From NCBI GenBank assembly GCA_973851085.1, contig OZ316775.1, forward strand, positions 7,688,001 to 7,752,000: DNA of 64,000 nucleotides, in the 5' to 3' direction. Made by a program: the position numbers and the translations under genes. The stretch comes from Ptychomitrium polyphyllum. Taxonomy: Eukaryota. The notes beneath the pieces are model-generated. The model saw only the letters and a list, made by a program, of their open reading frames with translations, searched no databases and was not told the origin of the DNA. This document shows positions 52,101-64,000 of the stretch, in pieces. Numbering within the stretch: position 1 is the stretch's first letter; each line of letters starts with the position of its first letter.

Positions 52101-54997
52101 AAACGCAATATGAATCTACAGATGAATCGAAATTTGAATCAGATTCTAAAGCACTTGAAGAATTTTTGATGGAGACAGATCAAATTCCTTTCCAACTTGG
52201 TACATTAAAATTAAATTGCCAAGATATGAACTTGGGAACCATAGAAGAACCTCAAATCATAAAAGTATATGAAGGTTTAAGTTCAAAAGAATATTCAACT
52301 TGGCTTAAATTTTTCAAAAATAATAAAAGTACTTTTGCATGGACTTACAAAGATCTTTGAGGAATTCCCCCCGAAATTTGTGAACATAGAATAATTTTGG
52401 AAGAAAATACTAAACCAATTCGACAAAGACAATATAGAATGAATTCAAAATATTCACTTATGGTTAAAGAGGAAATAGATAAGCTATTAGAATGTGGTTT
52501 TATCTATCCCGTTCCACATAGTGAATGGGTTTCACCTAAAGTCGTCGTACCAAAGAAAAATGGTAAACTTCGAATTTATCAAGACTTTCGCAAATTAAAT
52601 GCTGTAACAAAAAAAGATCATTTCCCATTACCATTCACAGATATATTACTTGACAGTGTGGCTGGACATGAAACTTACTCATTTTTGGACGGATTTTCCG
52701 GCTACAACCAAGTACAAATTGCTGAAGAACATAGACCACTTACAACATTCACTACGGACTGGGGCACTTTTGCATACACTAAAATGCCATTTGGACTATG
52801 CAACGCACCAGCCACGTTTCAACAAGCTATGACTACGGCATTCCAAAAATATTTAAGAAAATTCATGGAAATCTTTCTTGATGACTTTTGTGTATTTAGC
52901 TTAAAAGAAGACCATGCAAATTGCCTAGCAAAATGCTTCCATCAATGTACCAAATATGGAATATCTATTAATGGAGCAAAATTGCAATTTATTGTTCTTT
53001 TTGGAAAATTACTTGGTCATATTGTATCCAAAGAAGGCATGGCCACTGACCCTGATAAAGTAGCAATCATTGCTAATTTACCACCTCCAAATACCATTTC
53101 CGAAGTTAAGGGTTTTTTGGGTCATATGGGCTATTACCGAAGATACATTTATAAATATGCTGATATTGCATTACCATTAATACATCTCTTGAGAAAGAGT
53201 GAAACCACTCCGGTATGGACACCTATTTGTGTTAAGGCATTCAATACTCTGAAACAAAAATTAATAAGTGCACCTATTTTAATTTCTCCAAATTGGGACA
53301 AAGATTTTGAAGTTTATGTTGATGCCTCTAATGCGGCAATTGGAAGCATTTTAAATCAAAAAGATGACAGCGGACAAGATCATCCAATTTACTTTGCAAG
53401 CCGGCAATTAAATGCAGCTGAACGAAATTACTCAGTCACCGAGCAGGAAGCCTTGGGCATGATATTTTTCGTACAAAAATATAGGCATTATTTACTCGGA
53501 TATAAATTTATTTTTCATGTTGATCATGACGCATTAAAATACATGATTAATAAACCTCAATTTAGTGGGCGAATTGCCCGGTGGGTATTGCTATTACAAG
53601 AATTTGATTTTGTCATACAAGTAAGACCAGGAAAAAACCATGCAAATGCGGATCATTTATCACGCATTTCTCATGATGTGAATATAGAGCCAATTGATGA
53701 TAATTTTCCAGATGCACAATTATTTGAGGTAGATATAGTACCATTTGAATATGCTGAAATAATTCATTATTTACTAAGTGGCGAATTTCCAACCGAGTAT
53801 TCCACAAAACAAAAAAATAGATTAATATATAAAGCAGCCCTATATACCATGCTTGGAGAAGTTTTATACAAGAAAGGAAAAGATGGAGTCCTTAGACGAT
53901 GTATAAACTCAAGTGAAATCCCCTCGATTTGAGAGCCGTGTCACGACTCTAGATGTGGAGGCCATTTTGCGGGATTTGTGACAGCCACAAAAGCCTTAAA
54001 TTCAAACTATTGGTGGCCAACATTATTTAAAGATGCCTCAGAATATGTTAAAAAATGTGACCCATGCCAAAGAATTGGTAAACCAACAACTCGTTCAGCA
54101 ATGCCATTACATCCAATTTTGGCACAAATTCCATTTGAAAAATGGAAAATTGACTTTGTAGGGCCAATTAAACCCCTAAGCCGTCGAGGATGATGTTGAT
54201 ATATATTGATAGCAACAGAATATGTGACTAAATGGGCCGAGGCAATTCCTACGAAAACAGATGATGCGGACACAGTTGCAAAATTTATATATGAAAACAT
54301 AATCATTTGATTTGGTTGCCCCAAAGAAATTGTAAGTGACAGGGGAACCCACTTTGTAAATAAAATCATAGAAAACTTATTAAACAAATATTTTATTAAA
54401 CATAGAAAATCTACACCCTATCATCCACGTGCAAATGGCCAAACGGAGAAAAAAAATGGTATTTTATATAAAATAATTACCAAAACTGTCCAAGGATCAA
54501 ACACAGATTGGGATGAACGAGTTTTTGACGCCTTATGGGCTTATTGTACCGCTTGTAAAGTAACAACAAAACACACCCCTTTTCAACTAGTCTATGGTCA
54601 AGAAGCCATATTACCGATTGAGTTTGAGATTCAATCATTACGAATTGCCATGGATAATAGATTAGGCAATTTGGAATCTTTACGACAACGTTGCTACAAA
54701 TTGGAACAACTTGATGAAACTCGTGCACAAGCTCATTTACACATGGTTGCTATCCAAAATCGACGCAAAAGTTTCTATGATAGTAAACTCACACCAAAAG
54801 AATTAAAAACTAATGATTTAATACTACTTTATGACAGTCGTTTCCAAAAGTTTCCAGGTAAATTTATAATGCGATGGTTTGGCCCATACAAAATATTCAA
54901 AAGCTATGAAAATGGCTCCATGGAATTACAAGATTTTGAAGGCAACATCCACCCAACACGATACAATGGAAACAGATTAAAATTATACAAAACTTGA
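49171..54997 (+). pseudogene. Disrupted gag-pol of family C
   Basis: Gag with zinc knuckles, protease IDGGSSVN, RT (FLDGFSGYNQ, MPFGLCNAPATFQ, FLDDF), RNase H (VDASN..DHDAL), integrase (H..GGH, CDPC, DFVGP, SDRGTHF). Stops at 49609, 50809, 50917, 52358, 53930, 54191, 54197 and 54308; frameshift near 51667. Confidence 0.93.
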
Positions 54998-55057
54998 GGA
55001 CAAGTTTTTCTCTAGTTTAGGGAAGACATGCATCTAAAATTCCAAAATAAGCTTATT

Positions 55058-55063
<6 letters not shown>

Positions 55064-55089
<26 letters not shown>
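55064..55089 (+). repeat. Poly(A) tract in the family C 3' untranslated region
   Basis: About 26 consecutive A. Confidence 0.9.
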
Positions 55090-56379
55090 CAAGGCAAAAA
55101 CAGGAATAATTCACCTCTTTCAAGGACAAGTATAAAATTCAAATTGCTAAAATTTGACAAAACCAACACCACAAAACATTAGAATATACTACATTTCATC
55201 ATAAATGGAATATATTCTACTCTATCAATGAGATTAAAAAGAATAAAAAGACTACAAGCAAAAGAGGAAGCCATATAAGCCGTATAACGGATGCTACTAT
55301 TGGAAGTGCTCTGGACCGTATGGATAGGAGGACTAGGTACCAGGCACCACGACCTAGATCATCACAGGCTAGAGATGGACGTAGACACTGCATACATTCA
55401 TGTTTATAGACTTGTTTGCGTGGACGCAAACACATAGAGGAGGGAACTATGTAGTTCACTTCTTTTTCTATCTTCATACTCTTTTTCTCATACTAAGTGT
55501 AAATAGAGTCTAAATGCATATTATTTTGTGAATTTGGTATAAATGTGAATGCATTTAGAGTTAATTGGAGAATTAATTGAAAAGACACTAAAGCGAAAAG
55601 ACATAAAACATGAAGAGGCATAAATTGGAATTTTGAGATACAAGTAGAAGGAAGTAAGTCATTTTTTTTTGAACACATTAAAAAGAGTGTGTATCCATAG
55701 TTTGTGGTGATCTTTTGAATAATTTTGTAATGAAAATTGTTGTTGTTTTAACAACAATATTGTATTATTATAAATTGGAAGTGTATTATATTGGAATGTA
55801 ATTTGGTGTATAAACCTTGAATGCTTGGAGATATATTTTGTAAAGACTATAGACAAGAGAAATTATGATTATTGAGTTAAACAATAATAACAAGAATTGA
55901 GATAACAATTGGAGTAATTTCTAATTCTTGCTAAAAGAAATAATGAATAAATGAAGAAGCTAGAATTATTCAAATTTCAAATCATTGTCTTATAACCTTC
56001 TATTTGTGACCTTAATTGCAAGACTACAACTAAATTCGACTCTCCCCATATAAGAATCTCCACTAGCTATTCCTTGGGTTTCTTTAATCCTTCCAAAAAA
56101 TAGTTCTACAAAGTTAATAGAACTTTTCAAAGAAATCTTCCAAAATATTGGAACCTCTTTAGGATGTTTTATAAGGAATTGGAACCTTCATAGGAAACTT
56201 ATCAAGGAGGTGGAACCTTCCTAAAAAGCTTCTCAAAGACGTGGAACCTTTTTAAAAAGCATCTCAAAGAAGTGGAACGGCTATGGAAGCATTGAACGTG
56301 CTCTAAAAGCTACTACAATATACTAGAAGATTCTAGAAGGTCTCAAAGTTTATATCATATGATTTAAATGCGTAATGCT

Positions 56380-58758
56380 ACTTCTTCTATTAGCAACTAT
56401 CATCAACTAGCTGGGTATTATACTCGCTACAACCAAACTTCTTCTAATGATCTTCTCCTATCGGTACTATTGGGCATCGTCCAACAATAATTAGCGGATG
56501 ATAGTAGTAGTCTATTGGTTTAGAAAAATAGATGTAAATCTACTATTATAAGATCTTGAATCTAGTATTTAAATTCTCAACCAAGAATTGAGGATGTATT
56601 GTATTTTTTTTTTCTATCAAACAAATTATACACTCCATATTAAGATCTATTTATGAACTTCAATTAAAAGTAAAATTTTCTTATGTATGTTCTTCCATTC
56701 TATTAAATTCTATAGTATTTTTGTAGTTGATTTTCAAAACTATCATATCTCTTCCATCTGAAACTATGAATTTGAATAGATAGTTATTCCTTGACAATGA
56801 TTCTCCAATAAAGGACTACCAAGTCTTTGATTACTTGATAGTTATTGACCTTAATAATTGGCAATTATACAATGTTTCAAATAGGTTTTTCTTGCTTTGC
56901 ATCATTCCTACAATTTTATTTCCTGACTCCTTCTTATATGTAATAATAGCGATCAACACATTCTTTTATAAGAATTTCTATTTTAATCCTCTCAATTCAA
57001 TTCTATTAGTTTTATTTTTTGTGCAACAATAAAAGCTTTAATCTTTGTGAACATCAATACTGCCTACCACAAATCCAAATTTCCATGCAATCTTGTCTCA
57101 TTTCTTAGAGTCTTTACTTCCAAATCTATGAGTTGCCTTTACACTTGTATACAAAAATTTCCACCTCCTTTAAAACTTACTTTAGCGTAATGTACCAATT
57201 TACACTCAGCACATACTTTTCATTCTCTAAATATTTAATTTTCTATTCTTACAAATTCTTCCTTCCTTTGACCTTACATGATGGATCTACTATGGAATAC
57301 CCAATGTTTTGGAATTGCCAAAAATATTTTCCATTCCCATTCTTCTTACTATCCTCATCCTGCGCACCTATTGAATCCACTCGATAGTTAGTATCCCACA
57401 TAAGTTCCACGCGATCTTTGCAATGGTTTTTCATTCCTTTAAGAACGTGTAATGGCAGCTTAATGCTTCATTCCAAATTCCACTCAACCAATGGACATGT
57501 GAAGAGGATGATTTTGTCTTAGTACAAATGCCATCTTTATTAGATCATACAACCAATTCCACAAGTATCATCCCTTTGGCATGAATTTACAACTAATACA
57601 ATTGTACACTTTTTCCAAATACTAAATCTGGAAGGCCCTTTTAATAGTCCTACCACCAAAATCTTTTCTACTACAGTCAATCCACCATCTCCAAACCACA
57701 ACTTCAATTTATCTTACTCTTAGAGTCTATCAAATATTGAACCTATTTTTTTGCAACATCCCTCATTTTATCTTCTTCCCACTTTCCTATCTATTCCACC
57801 AAATACTAGTACATTACAATACCATTTGGTAGTTCCACCATTAATTCTAACTTTGTCTACAATATTTCCTCTTGTGCATCCTGCTATTAGAAAGGCTCTT
57901 TCATATCCTAATTACTAGACCAAAAAATGCCTTAAATATCATTGTCAAAAGTTCTTATCAGCACTTATTTTTTTAAATGGTAAAACTAGTCTTTGTCCAC
58001 CTGGATTTATATGGAAGTATTATTACTGACAACAAATCTACTTGATTCATATTCCATTGCATCCAATTTCTTTATGAGAATCTAAATGACTTCTTCCTTA
58101 TATTCAAAAACGTTACCAAGTAATTAAAACCAATAACCAAATCTATATTCACTTCTTCACTATACGACAAAAACCATTCATATTGGTAGAAGACTTTGTT
58201 GAGTGTCTATTTGAATTTGCCAAAAATTTAACCAATCTAGCTGATAAATGCCTTCCAGGCAAGACTTTGAGAATACGTCCAAATTATTACAGTAGACCTT
58301 TTGAAGAGCACCTTTACCAACACCGTTAGGTTTGCTCAAGTTGCCAAAGAGGGACTTTTGAAATCTTTCTATTATCTTCCTAATGCTTCCAACTAATCAT
58401 ACTTTCTTCCTCAGCCATTGCTTGCAATCACTTGAATCACACTTGGAACTCTTGTTATAAAAATCCTGAAAGTACTCATGCTAAACAGCTCCAACAACCT
58501 CTAAGCGTTCATCAGGTTGAGATACTAACAACCTTTGTCACTACCAATATGTGTCAATCAATGCAGCCCATCTAAAGCTTTCCTTGTCATATATGCGGAT
58601 CCTTCAATTACCCTGGCCATCAATGTCTTTATATTGAAACCAAGCACCTCATCTACAGGCAGAAATAAGAACTTGTCAAACATTACCAACTTTTGGATGT
58701 GAATATAATTGGATTTTGCCACAATGATCCAATAACTCAAAGCCAAGCAGTAGCTATC
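56380..58758 (-). other. Unidentified decayed coding-like repeat sequence
   Basis: Strand-biased (purine-rich minus strand) with fragmentary frames. 56400-56830 is homologous to 24700-25385. Confidence 0.4.
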
Positions 58759-59403
58759 TGTCACAGACATAGATCATGCAACATAATCCATAAAACATTC
58801 TAAAACCTTATAGTATACTATAATAGCTTCTTAGAATACTTTTAGATGTCTCCATAGTCTTTCCATGTTCATAGGTAGCTTCCTAAGAAAGTTCTTCCAC
58901 CTTAGGAAACTTCCTAGGAAGATTCTATTATCTTAGGAAACTTCCTAGGAAACTTCTTACGAAGGTTCCATCATCTTAGGAAACTTCTTACGAAGGTTCC
59001 ATCATCTTAGGAAACTTCCTAGGAAGGTTCTATCTTTTTAGGAAACTTCCTAAGAAGGTTCCACTACCTTAAGAAACTTCCAAGGAAGGTTCCAACTCCT
59101 TAGAAGACTCTTAGGAAGGTTCCAACATCTTAGAAAACTTCTTAGGAAGGTTCCCTAGACTTGCAAAACATTCTTAAGCCTTGTAGGAAGCTTCTTTAGA
59201 AGTATCTTAGGAGATACCAACGTCATAGTATAAATAGGAGGCAAGACAAGGTATTCCTGAGTCTTGCCAACACAAGTTGTGGATCATCTTGAATTCTGCC
59301 TTGTTCTAGTCTTTGTATCAAGTTCTTATTAATCATTAGCTCTTTGGAAGCTGATTCTTGGGAAACACTTTGTTTTTGCTTCTTGTTTCTTGTGACTCTA
59401 ACA
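58759..59403 (+). mobile_element. Family A LTR (645 bp)
   Basis: TGTCACAGACATAGATC ... TGTGACTCTAACA. Internal ~31-bp tandem repeats and a TATAAATA box at 59229; homologous to the LTRs at 21464 and 31055. Confidence 0.9.
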
Positions 59404-59563
59404 ATTTCAGCCACGTTCTCTCGATCAATGTCTCCAAAAGTAGATGTCAATGCTTCTATAAAAGCATCTAAATTATTCAATAATGATGACTGCTTCTCCA
59501 TTAGGGGTGCAAATCACAATAGTACATTGTTTGATAAAAGAGTAGCCACAAATCCCACTTGAC

Positions 59564-59663
59564 NNNNNNNNNNNNNNNNNNNNNNNNNNNNNNNNNNNNN
59601 NNNNNNNNNNNNNNNNNNNNNNNNNNNNNNNNNNNNNNNNNNNNNNNNNNNNNNNNNNNNNNN
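59564..59663. other. Assembly gap (100 N) flanked by an exact 293-bp direct duplication
   Basis: 59271..59563 is identical to 59664..59956. Confidence 0.95.
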
Positions 59664-59796
59664 CACAAGTTGTGGATCATCTTGAATTCTGCCTTGTTCT
59701 AGTCTTTGTATCAAGTTCTTATTAATCATTAGCTCTTTGGAAGCTGATTCTTGGGAAACACTTTGTTTTTGCTTCTTGTTTCTTGTGACTCTAACA

Positions 59797-59957
59797 ATTT
59801 CAGCCACGTTCTCTCGATCAATGTCTCCAAAAGTAGATGTCAATGCTTCTATAAAAGCATCTAAATTATTCAATAATGATGACTGCTTCTCCATTAGGGG
59901 TGCAAATCACAATAGTACATTGTTTGATAAAAGAGTAGCCACAAATCCCACTTGACG
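59797..59957 (-). pseudogene. Family A gag fragment
   Basis: QVGFVATLLS..MEKQSSLLNNLDAFIEALTSTFGDIDRE is homologous to the gag remnant near 23000-23150. It is duplicated at 59404..59563. Confidence 0.75.
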
Positions 59958-60080
59958 TTGGATACTACTAGTAGGCTTTGGGTTTGGAGTGTGGGCATGT
60001 TTGACGAGATGGACAATGATCCTCGCCATGTCTTTGAGGGATTGGTTCTCTGGAAGGCTTGGGGGCATTTCTCTACCTGC

Positions 60081-60693
60081 TGTGAGGGACACACAAAACA
60101 AGAAGCAGAAACAAAGTGTTTCCAAGAATCAGCTTCCAAAGAGCTAATGATTAATAAGAACTTGATACAAAGACTAGAACAAGGCAGAATTCAAGATGAT
60201 CCACAACTTGTGTTGGCAAGACTCAGGAATACCTTGTCTTGCCTCCTATTTATACTATGACGTTGGTATCTCCTAAGATACTTCTAAAGAAGCTTCCTAC
60301 AAGGCTTAAGAATGTTTTGCAAGTCTAGGGAACCTTCCTAAGAAGTTTTCTAAGATGTTGGAACCTTCCTAAGAGTCTTCTAAGGAGTTGGAACCTTCCT
60401 TGGAAGTTTCTTAAGGTAGTGGAACCTTCTTAGGAAGTTTCCTAAAAAGATAGAACCTTCCTAGGAAGTTTCCTAAGATGATGGAACCTTCGTAAGAAGT
60501 TTCCTAGGAAGTTTCCTAAGATAATAGAATCTTCCTAGGAAGTTTCCTAAGGTGGAAGAACTTTCTTAGGAAGCTACCTATGAACATGGAAAGACTATGG
60601 AGACATCTAAAAGTATTCTAAGAAGCTATTATAGTATACTATAAGGTTTTAGAATGTTTTATGGATTATGTTGCATGATCTATGTCTGTGACA
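60081..60693 (-). mobile_element. Family A LTR (613 bp), inverted relative to 58759..59403
   Basis: The reverse complement runs TGTCACAGAC ... GTGTCCCTCACA and is near-identical to the left LTR. Confidence 0.9.
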
Positions 60694-60776
60694 GATAGCT
60701 ACTGCTTGGCATTGAGTTATTGGACCATTGTGGCAAAATCCAATTATATTCACATCCAAAAGTTGGTAATGTTTGA

Positions 60777-61247
60777 GAAGTCTCCTAGTGTCCTGGTAGA
60801 AACCAAGAGTGAGTCCCGGTTGGTGGAGCTAGTGTTGAGGCTTCACCACGGGGATTCCCACACCATTGTGAGCCGGTGGACGGCCGGTTTCACAAAGGGA
60901 ACTAGCACGTTCAAAAGGGTACGCTTGTTACCACTAAGTTGGGGTGATGTCTTCACGCTGGCACCATGATGATCCAGGGTGATCTTAGGATCACATGGGC
61001 ATCATGAGTGGTGGTGAGGAGACACCACTAAGTGCGGTTAGGCCGTGTGGAATGGGAGTAACACCAAGGAGGCCTTGGACATGAATAGAAGTCCGCACCT
61101 AACCATTGGCTACTAATAAATTGGGTGTCCTAAGAAAAATGGTAGAATGACTTGGAAAGTGAAAATGGGGGTTAACCATGTGCGTGTGGGGGTGTACAGG
61201 GTTGACGCGCATGACGCTTGCTAAGGTGCATTACAAGGGTTGCGACA
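60777..61247 (+). mobile_element. 3' part of a family B LTR (5'-truncated)
   Basis: Homologous to 26290..26515. Ends TGCGACA, the inverse of the LTR start TGTCGCA. Confidence 0.85.
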
Positions 61248-64000
61248 CGGAGTGCTCATGCAAGAAAGCATGCCAATTGCCTATGAAAGCAAGAAGCTAG
61301 ATGGGTGCCAAAAGAAGTGGCCCACGCACGAGAAAGAACTCTTTGCCGTAGTGCATTGTTTGAAAACATGGCGGCACTACTTGGACCTACACAAAACCAA
61401 AGTCTACACGGACAACGTGTCCTTGAAGTACTTTGAGTTGCAAGCACAAATAAGTGCAAAACAATTGAGGCGGCATGATACCTTGGCACTCATGAATGTG
61501 GATTTGATCCACAAGTTGGGGCGTGACAATGTAGTGCCGGATGCTTTAAGTAGGCGGGAGGAGTTGCAAACAATGGGCACAACCCAAGTCCTGCAAGTAA
61601 TGTATAAGGGAGAAGGCAATTTGGAAAGGAAGATAAGAGAAGCGTACATGAAGGAGTCCGAAGCACAAAGGCTTCTTGGTGAGCTTAAGAAGGGTAAGAA
61701 ACTTAAAGAAATTAAGTTGGAGAAGGAATTACTCAAATACAAACAAAGTCGGGTGTATGTGCTTCACGGAAAACTATGGTTGTTGGTTTTGAAAGAAGAA
61801 CATGATAGTCCCATAGCTAGTCATAGAGGGGAAAAAATCACCATATCGGCAGTGTTAAGAAGGTACTATTGGCCGGGTATGAAAGCGGACATCACCGACT
61901 TTGTAAAAACTTGTGTGAAGTGCCAATTCAATAGAGCCTCTTACCAAAAGCAAGCCGGTCTACTACAACCTTTGCCAATTCCGCTAGGTCCATGGCATAG
62001 CGTGTCCATGGACTTCATCACAAGTCTTCCGGAATCACAAGGGCATGATGCCATCTTTGTAATGGTGGATCGCTTTAGCAAGTTGGCGCACATGGTGCCA
62101 ACTAGAGGAATTGTAACCGCAAAGCTATTCCTTGATGCATGGTGGAAACATCACGGGTTGCCAAGAGTGATTGTATCGGACCAAGATTCAAAATTCACTA
62201 GTGTTTTTTGGAAACATTTCTTTAGGAAAGTTGGAACCAAATTGACTTTTAGCACTGCCTTCCATCCTCAAACGGAACGAGTGAACGGAGTCTTGAACCA
62301 ATACTTGAGGAACTTTGTGAGTGCGGACCAGTGCAATTAGGTGGATTATGTAAGCCTAGCGGAGTTCAGTTACAATGCAGCCAATCATTTGGCGACAAAG
62401 CAGTCGCCATTTAAGGTGGCCTATGGAGTGGAGCCATTCCAGCCTGCCAACTTAGCTCTCAAAGGTGCACATTCAACACTAGAGTTTAACCAAGATTGTG
62501 AGGACTTGGCCAAAAAGCGAGAACATATGTTAGAGAAGACCAAGCTTTTGTTGGAAAAGGCACAAAAGCGGTACGAGAAACAAGTCAATGCCGGAAGACG
62601 TGAAGTGGAGTATGAAGTAGGCCAAAAGGTGTTGTTGAATGTGAAGAACTTTAGCCTGCCCGAAGGCCTCACTCCAAAGTTCATGTCCAAGTTTGCGGGG
62701 CCGTTTTCCATTGTAAAGCGGGTGTTTAAAGATGTGTACAAGTTGGAGCTACCACCCGAAATCAAAGTGCACCCAACATTTCATGTCTCACTTCTTAAGC
62801 CATTCAGAAAGGATACCTTGTGGCCCAATCGCAAGCAAGTGATTTGGCCACCGCTGGAATTGGTGGGCGACTACTAGGAATACAAAGTAGAAGGAATTAT
62901 CAAGTGTAGGCACCACAAGAAAATAGGAAAAGAATATTTGGTGAAGTGGAGAGGGTACCATGAAAAGGAAGCAACTTGGGTAGCGGCCAAGGACTTGAGA
63001 AATGCCAATGAAGTGGTGGAACGCTTTGAAAGGGAGAGGAACTCCAACAAAAGACAATGTCAACATTGATGAGGACATTAATTTCTTTTAGTAGGAGGAG
63101 AGAGGCTTGTAGCAGTAATTTCTTCACATCATGTATTGGTTCTTTGAGTTATGGCAATAAAGTTCAACTTTTGTGTGTGCAAAGAAAAGTGTATAAAATG
63201 ACGTCCTAGTCTTGTGCTTGTGCTAAGTTGGTAGAAGAGGGGAAATAGACATGTGAAACCAAGCTGGGAAGGCCGAGTAATGGGGACCAAGGCTTGGAAA
63301 GAGGAATGGTTAAAACCGTGAAACTTCTTAGTCTCGGGCTTGTCCGAGCGAAGACAAGGTAATGGCGCGTGCTTATAAAAGCGCCAGTACTATAAACTAA
63401 CAAAAGTTAGTACATGAGAGTCATGAATCCATGTCGCAAAAGAGACAGTGGGATCCAGGTTGGGCGGAACTTGGCATTACCTCCGTGCAATCGAGTTGTG
63501 GAGTTAAAGCCACCTTGGATTTGCAACCAAGACAACTTGGTGGAGAAGTTTCCACCCTAGCCAAGAAGGTAGAGTTAGGGAAGTGTAGCCTAACTAGGGA
63601 GTTTATCCCAAGAGGGTCTCAAAGTAGATAGGTCTAGAGTAGTTTAGGGCCTCAAGAATTTTGTCTAGGGTGCCTAAACAGACCACCACCTAAATGACAC
63701 CTTTGAGACTTTGCCTAAGACTTATGAGTGCATTGTGGGGGTCGCTTCCTGGATGAAACACAATGTTGCACCACTAGAGGATGGCAACTTTAGAATTGGT
63801 GTGCCGACTACAAGTATAGTCGATGAGCGCATCGACTCCATTAAGGTGGAGGTGAGTGTCGCACACCTCTCCATGAGGAGTGCCTGCAATACTAAGGACA
63901 TAAGAGAGACTCCAGAGTGACGTCCGGGACTTGTGGCGCCGATAGTGAGGGAAACCGAGTGGGCCTAGCGTGGAAAAGACCCCTAAGGGGCAGAAACATC
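61248..64000 (+). mobile_element. 3' half of a Ty3/gypsy chromovirus (family B, Galadriel-like by motif): RNase H, integrase, chromodomain, PPT, and a 3' LTR from 63857 running off the window
   Basis: AYESKKL..EKELFAVVHCLKTWRHYL; HDSP..H..CVKC; DFITSLP, SDQD, TERVN; FAGPF; chromodomain EYKVEGII..EYLVKWRGY..ATW. Stops at 62338 and 62875. PPT aaggtggaggtgag followed by TGTCGCA at 63857. Confidence 0.92.

Larger units (their letters stand above)
48367..56110 (+). mobile_element. Full-length Ty3/gypsy non-chromovirus LTR retrotransposon (family C; Athila/Phygy-like)
   Basis: Two 661-bp LTRs (48367..49027 and 55450..56110) with TG..CA ends and 3 substitutions by my count. Exact TSD AAGTT; PBS at 49031; PPT agaggagggaa before 55450. 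Domain order gag-PR-RT-RH-IN; no chromodomain after IN. Confidence 0.97.
48122..56378 (-). mobile_element. Family A LTR (probably solo) split in two by the 48367..56110 insertion; halves ~48122..48366 and 56111..~56378
   Basis: Both halves match the family A LTR at 60081..60693 (aaagagctaatgattaataagaact, gatccacaacttgt, ggaaccttc repeats). Confidence 0.78.

Noticed and set aside
57420..57600. HW and Q..D.CG-like peptides suggesting a Ulp1 protease
   Set aside because: The motifs are in the wrong order for a Ulp1 catalytic triad.
58870..59160. Regular ~31-bp semi-palindromic repeats resembling a CRISPR array (also at 21550, 31160, 56130, 60330)
   Set aside because: The units are degenerate, have no unique spacers, lie inside LTRs, and no cas genes are present.
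59271..59956. 293-bp direct repeat around the N run
   Set aside because: The copies are identical and directly flank a 100-N gap, typical of an unmerged contig overlap rather than biology.

Overview
Eukaryotic plant genomic DNA. The gene set, intron structure and LTR-retrotransposon landscape point to a moss such as Physcomitrium patens (inference). There are two gene islands. Island 1 (1-18.4 kb) holds the 3' end of a class-C auxin response factor, a decayed intron-containing EDR2-like (PH-START-DUF1336) pseudogene, and an intact golgin GC6/p115/Uso1 gene. Island 2 (33.2-44 kb) holds a DREB2-type AP2/ERF gene and an SNM1/PSO2-type crosslink-repair nuclease with three tandem UBZ-like zinc fingers and a SAM domain. 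Between and after the islands are AT-rich blocks of nested Ty3/gypsy elements. These are an old chromovirus (21.5-31.7 kb) carrying three probable solo LTRs, a full-length non-chromovirus (48.4-56.1 kb) with near-identical LTRs inserted into another LTR, an inverted LTR duplication next to a 100-N assembly gap, and the 3' half of a second chromovirus family. I found no CRISPR array, rRNA, tRNA or prokaryote-type system. The best leads are a candidate poison cassette exon in DREB2 intron 1, the UBZ triplication in SNM1, heat-shock-element-rich LTRs, and an unidentified decayed ORF built from ~69-aa repeats. Exon boundaries were read by eye and need transcript confirmation.
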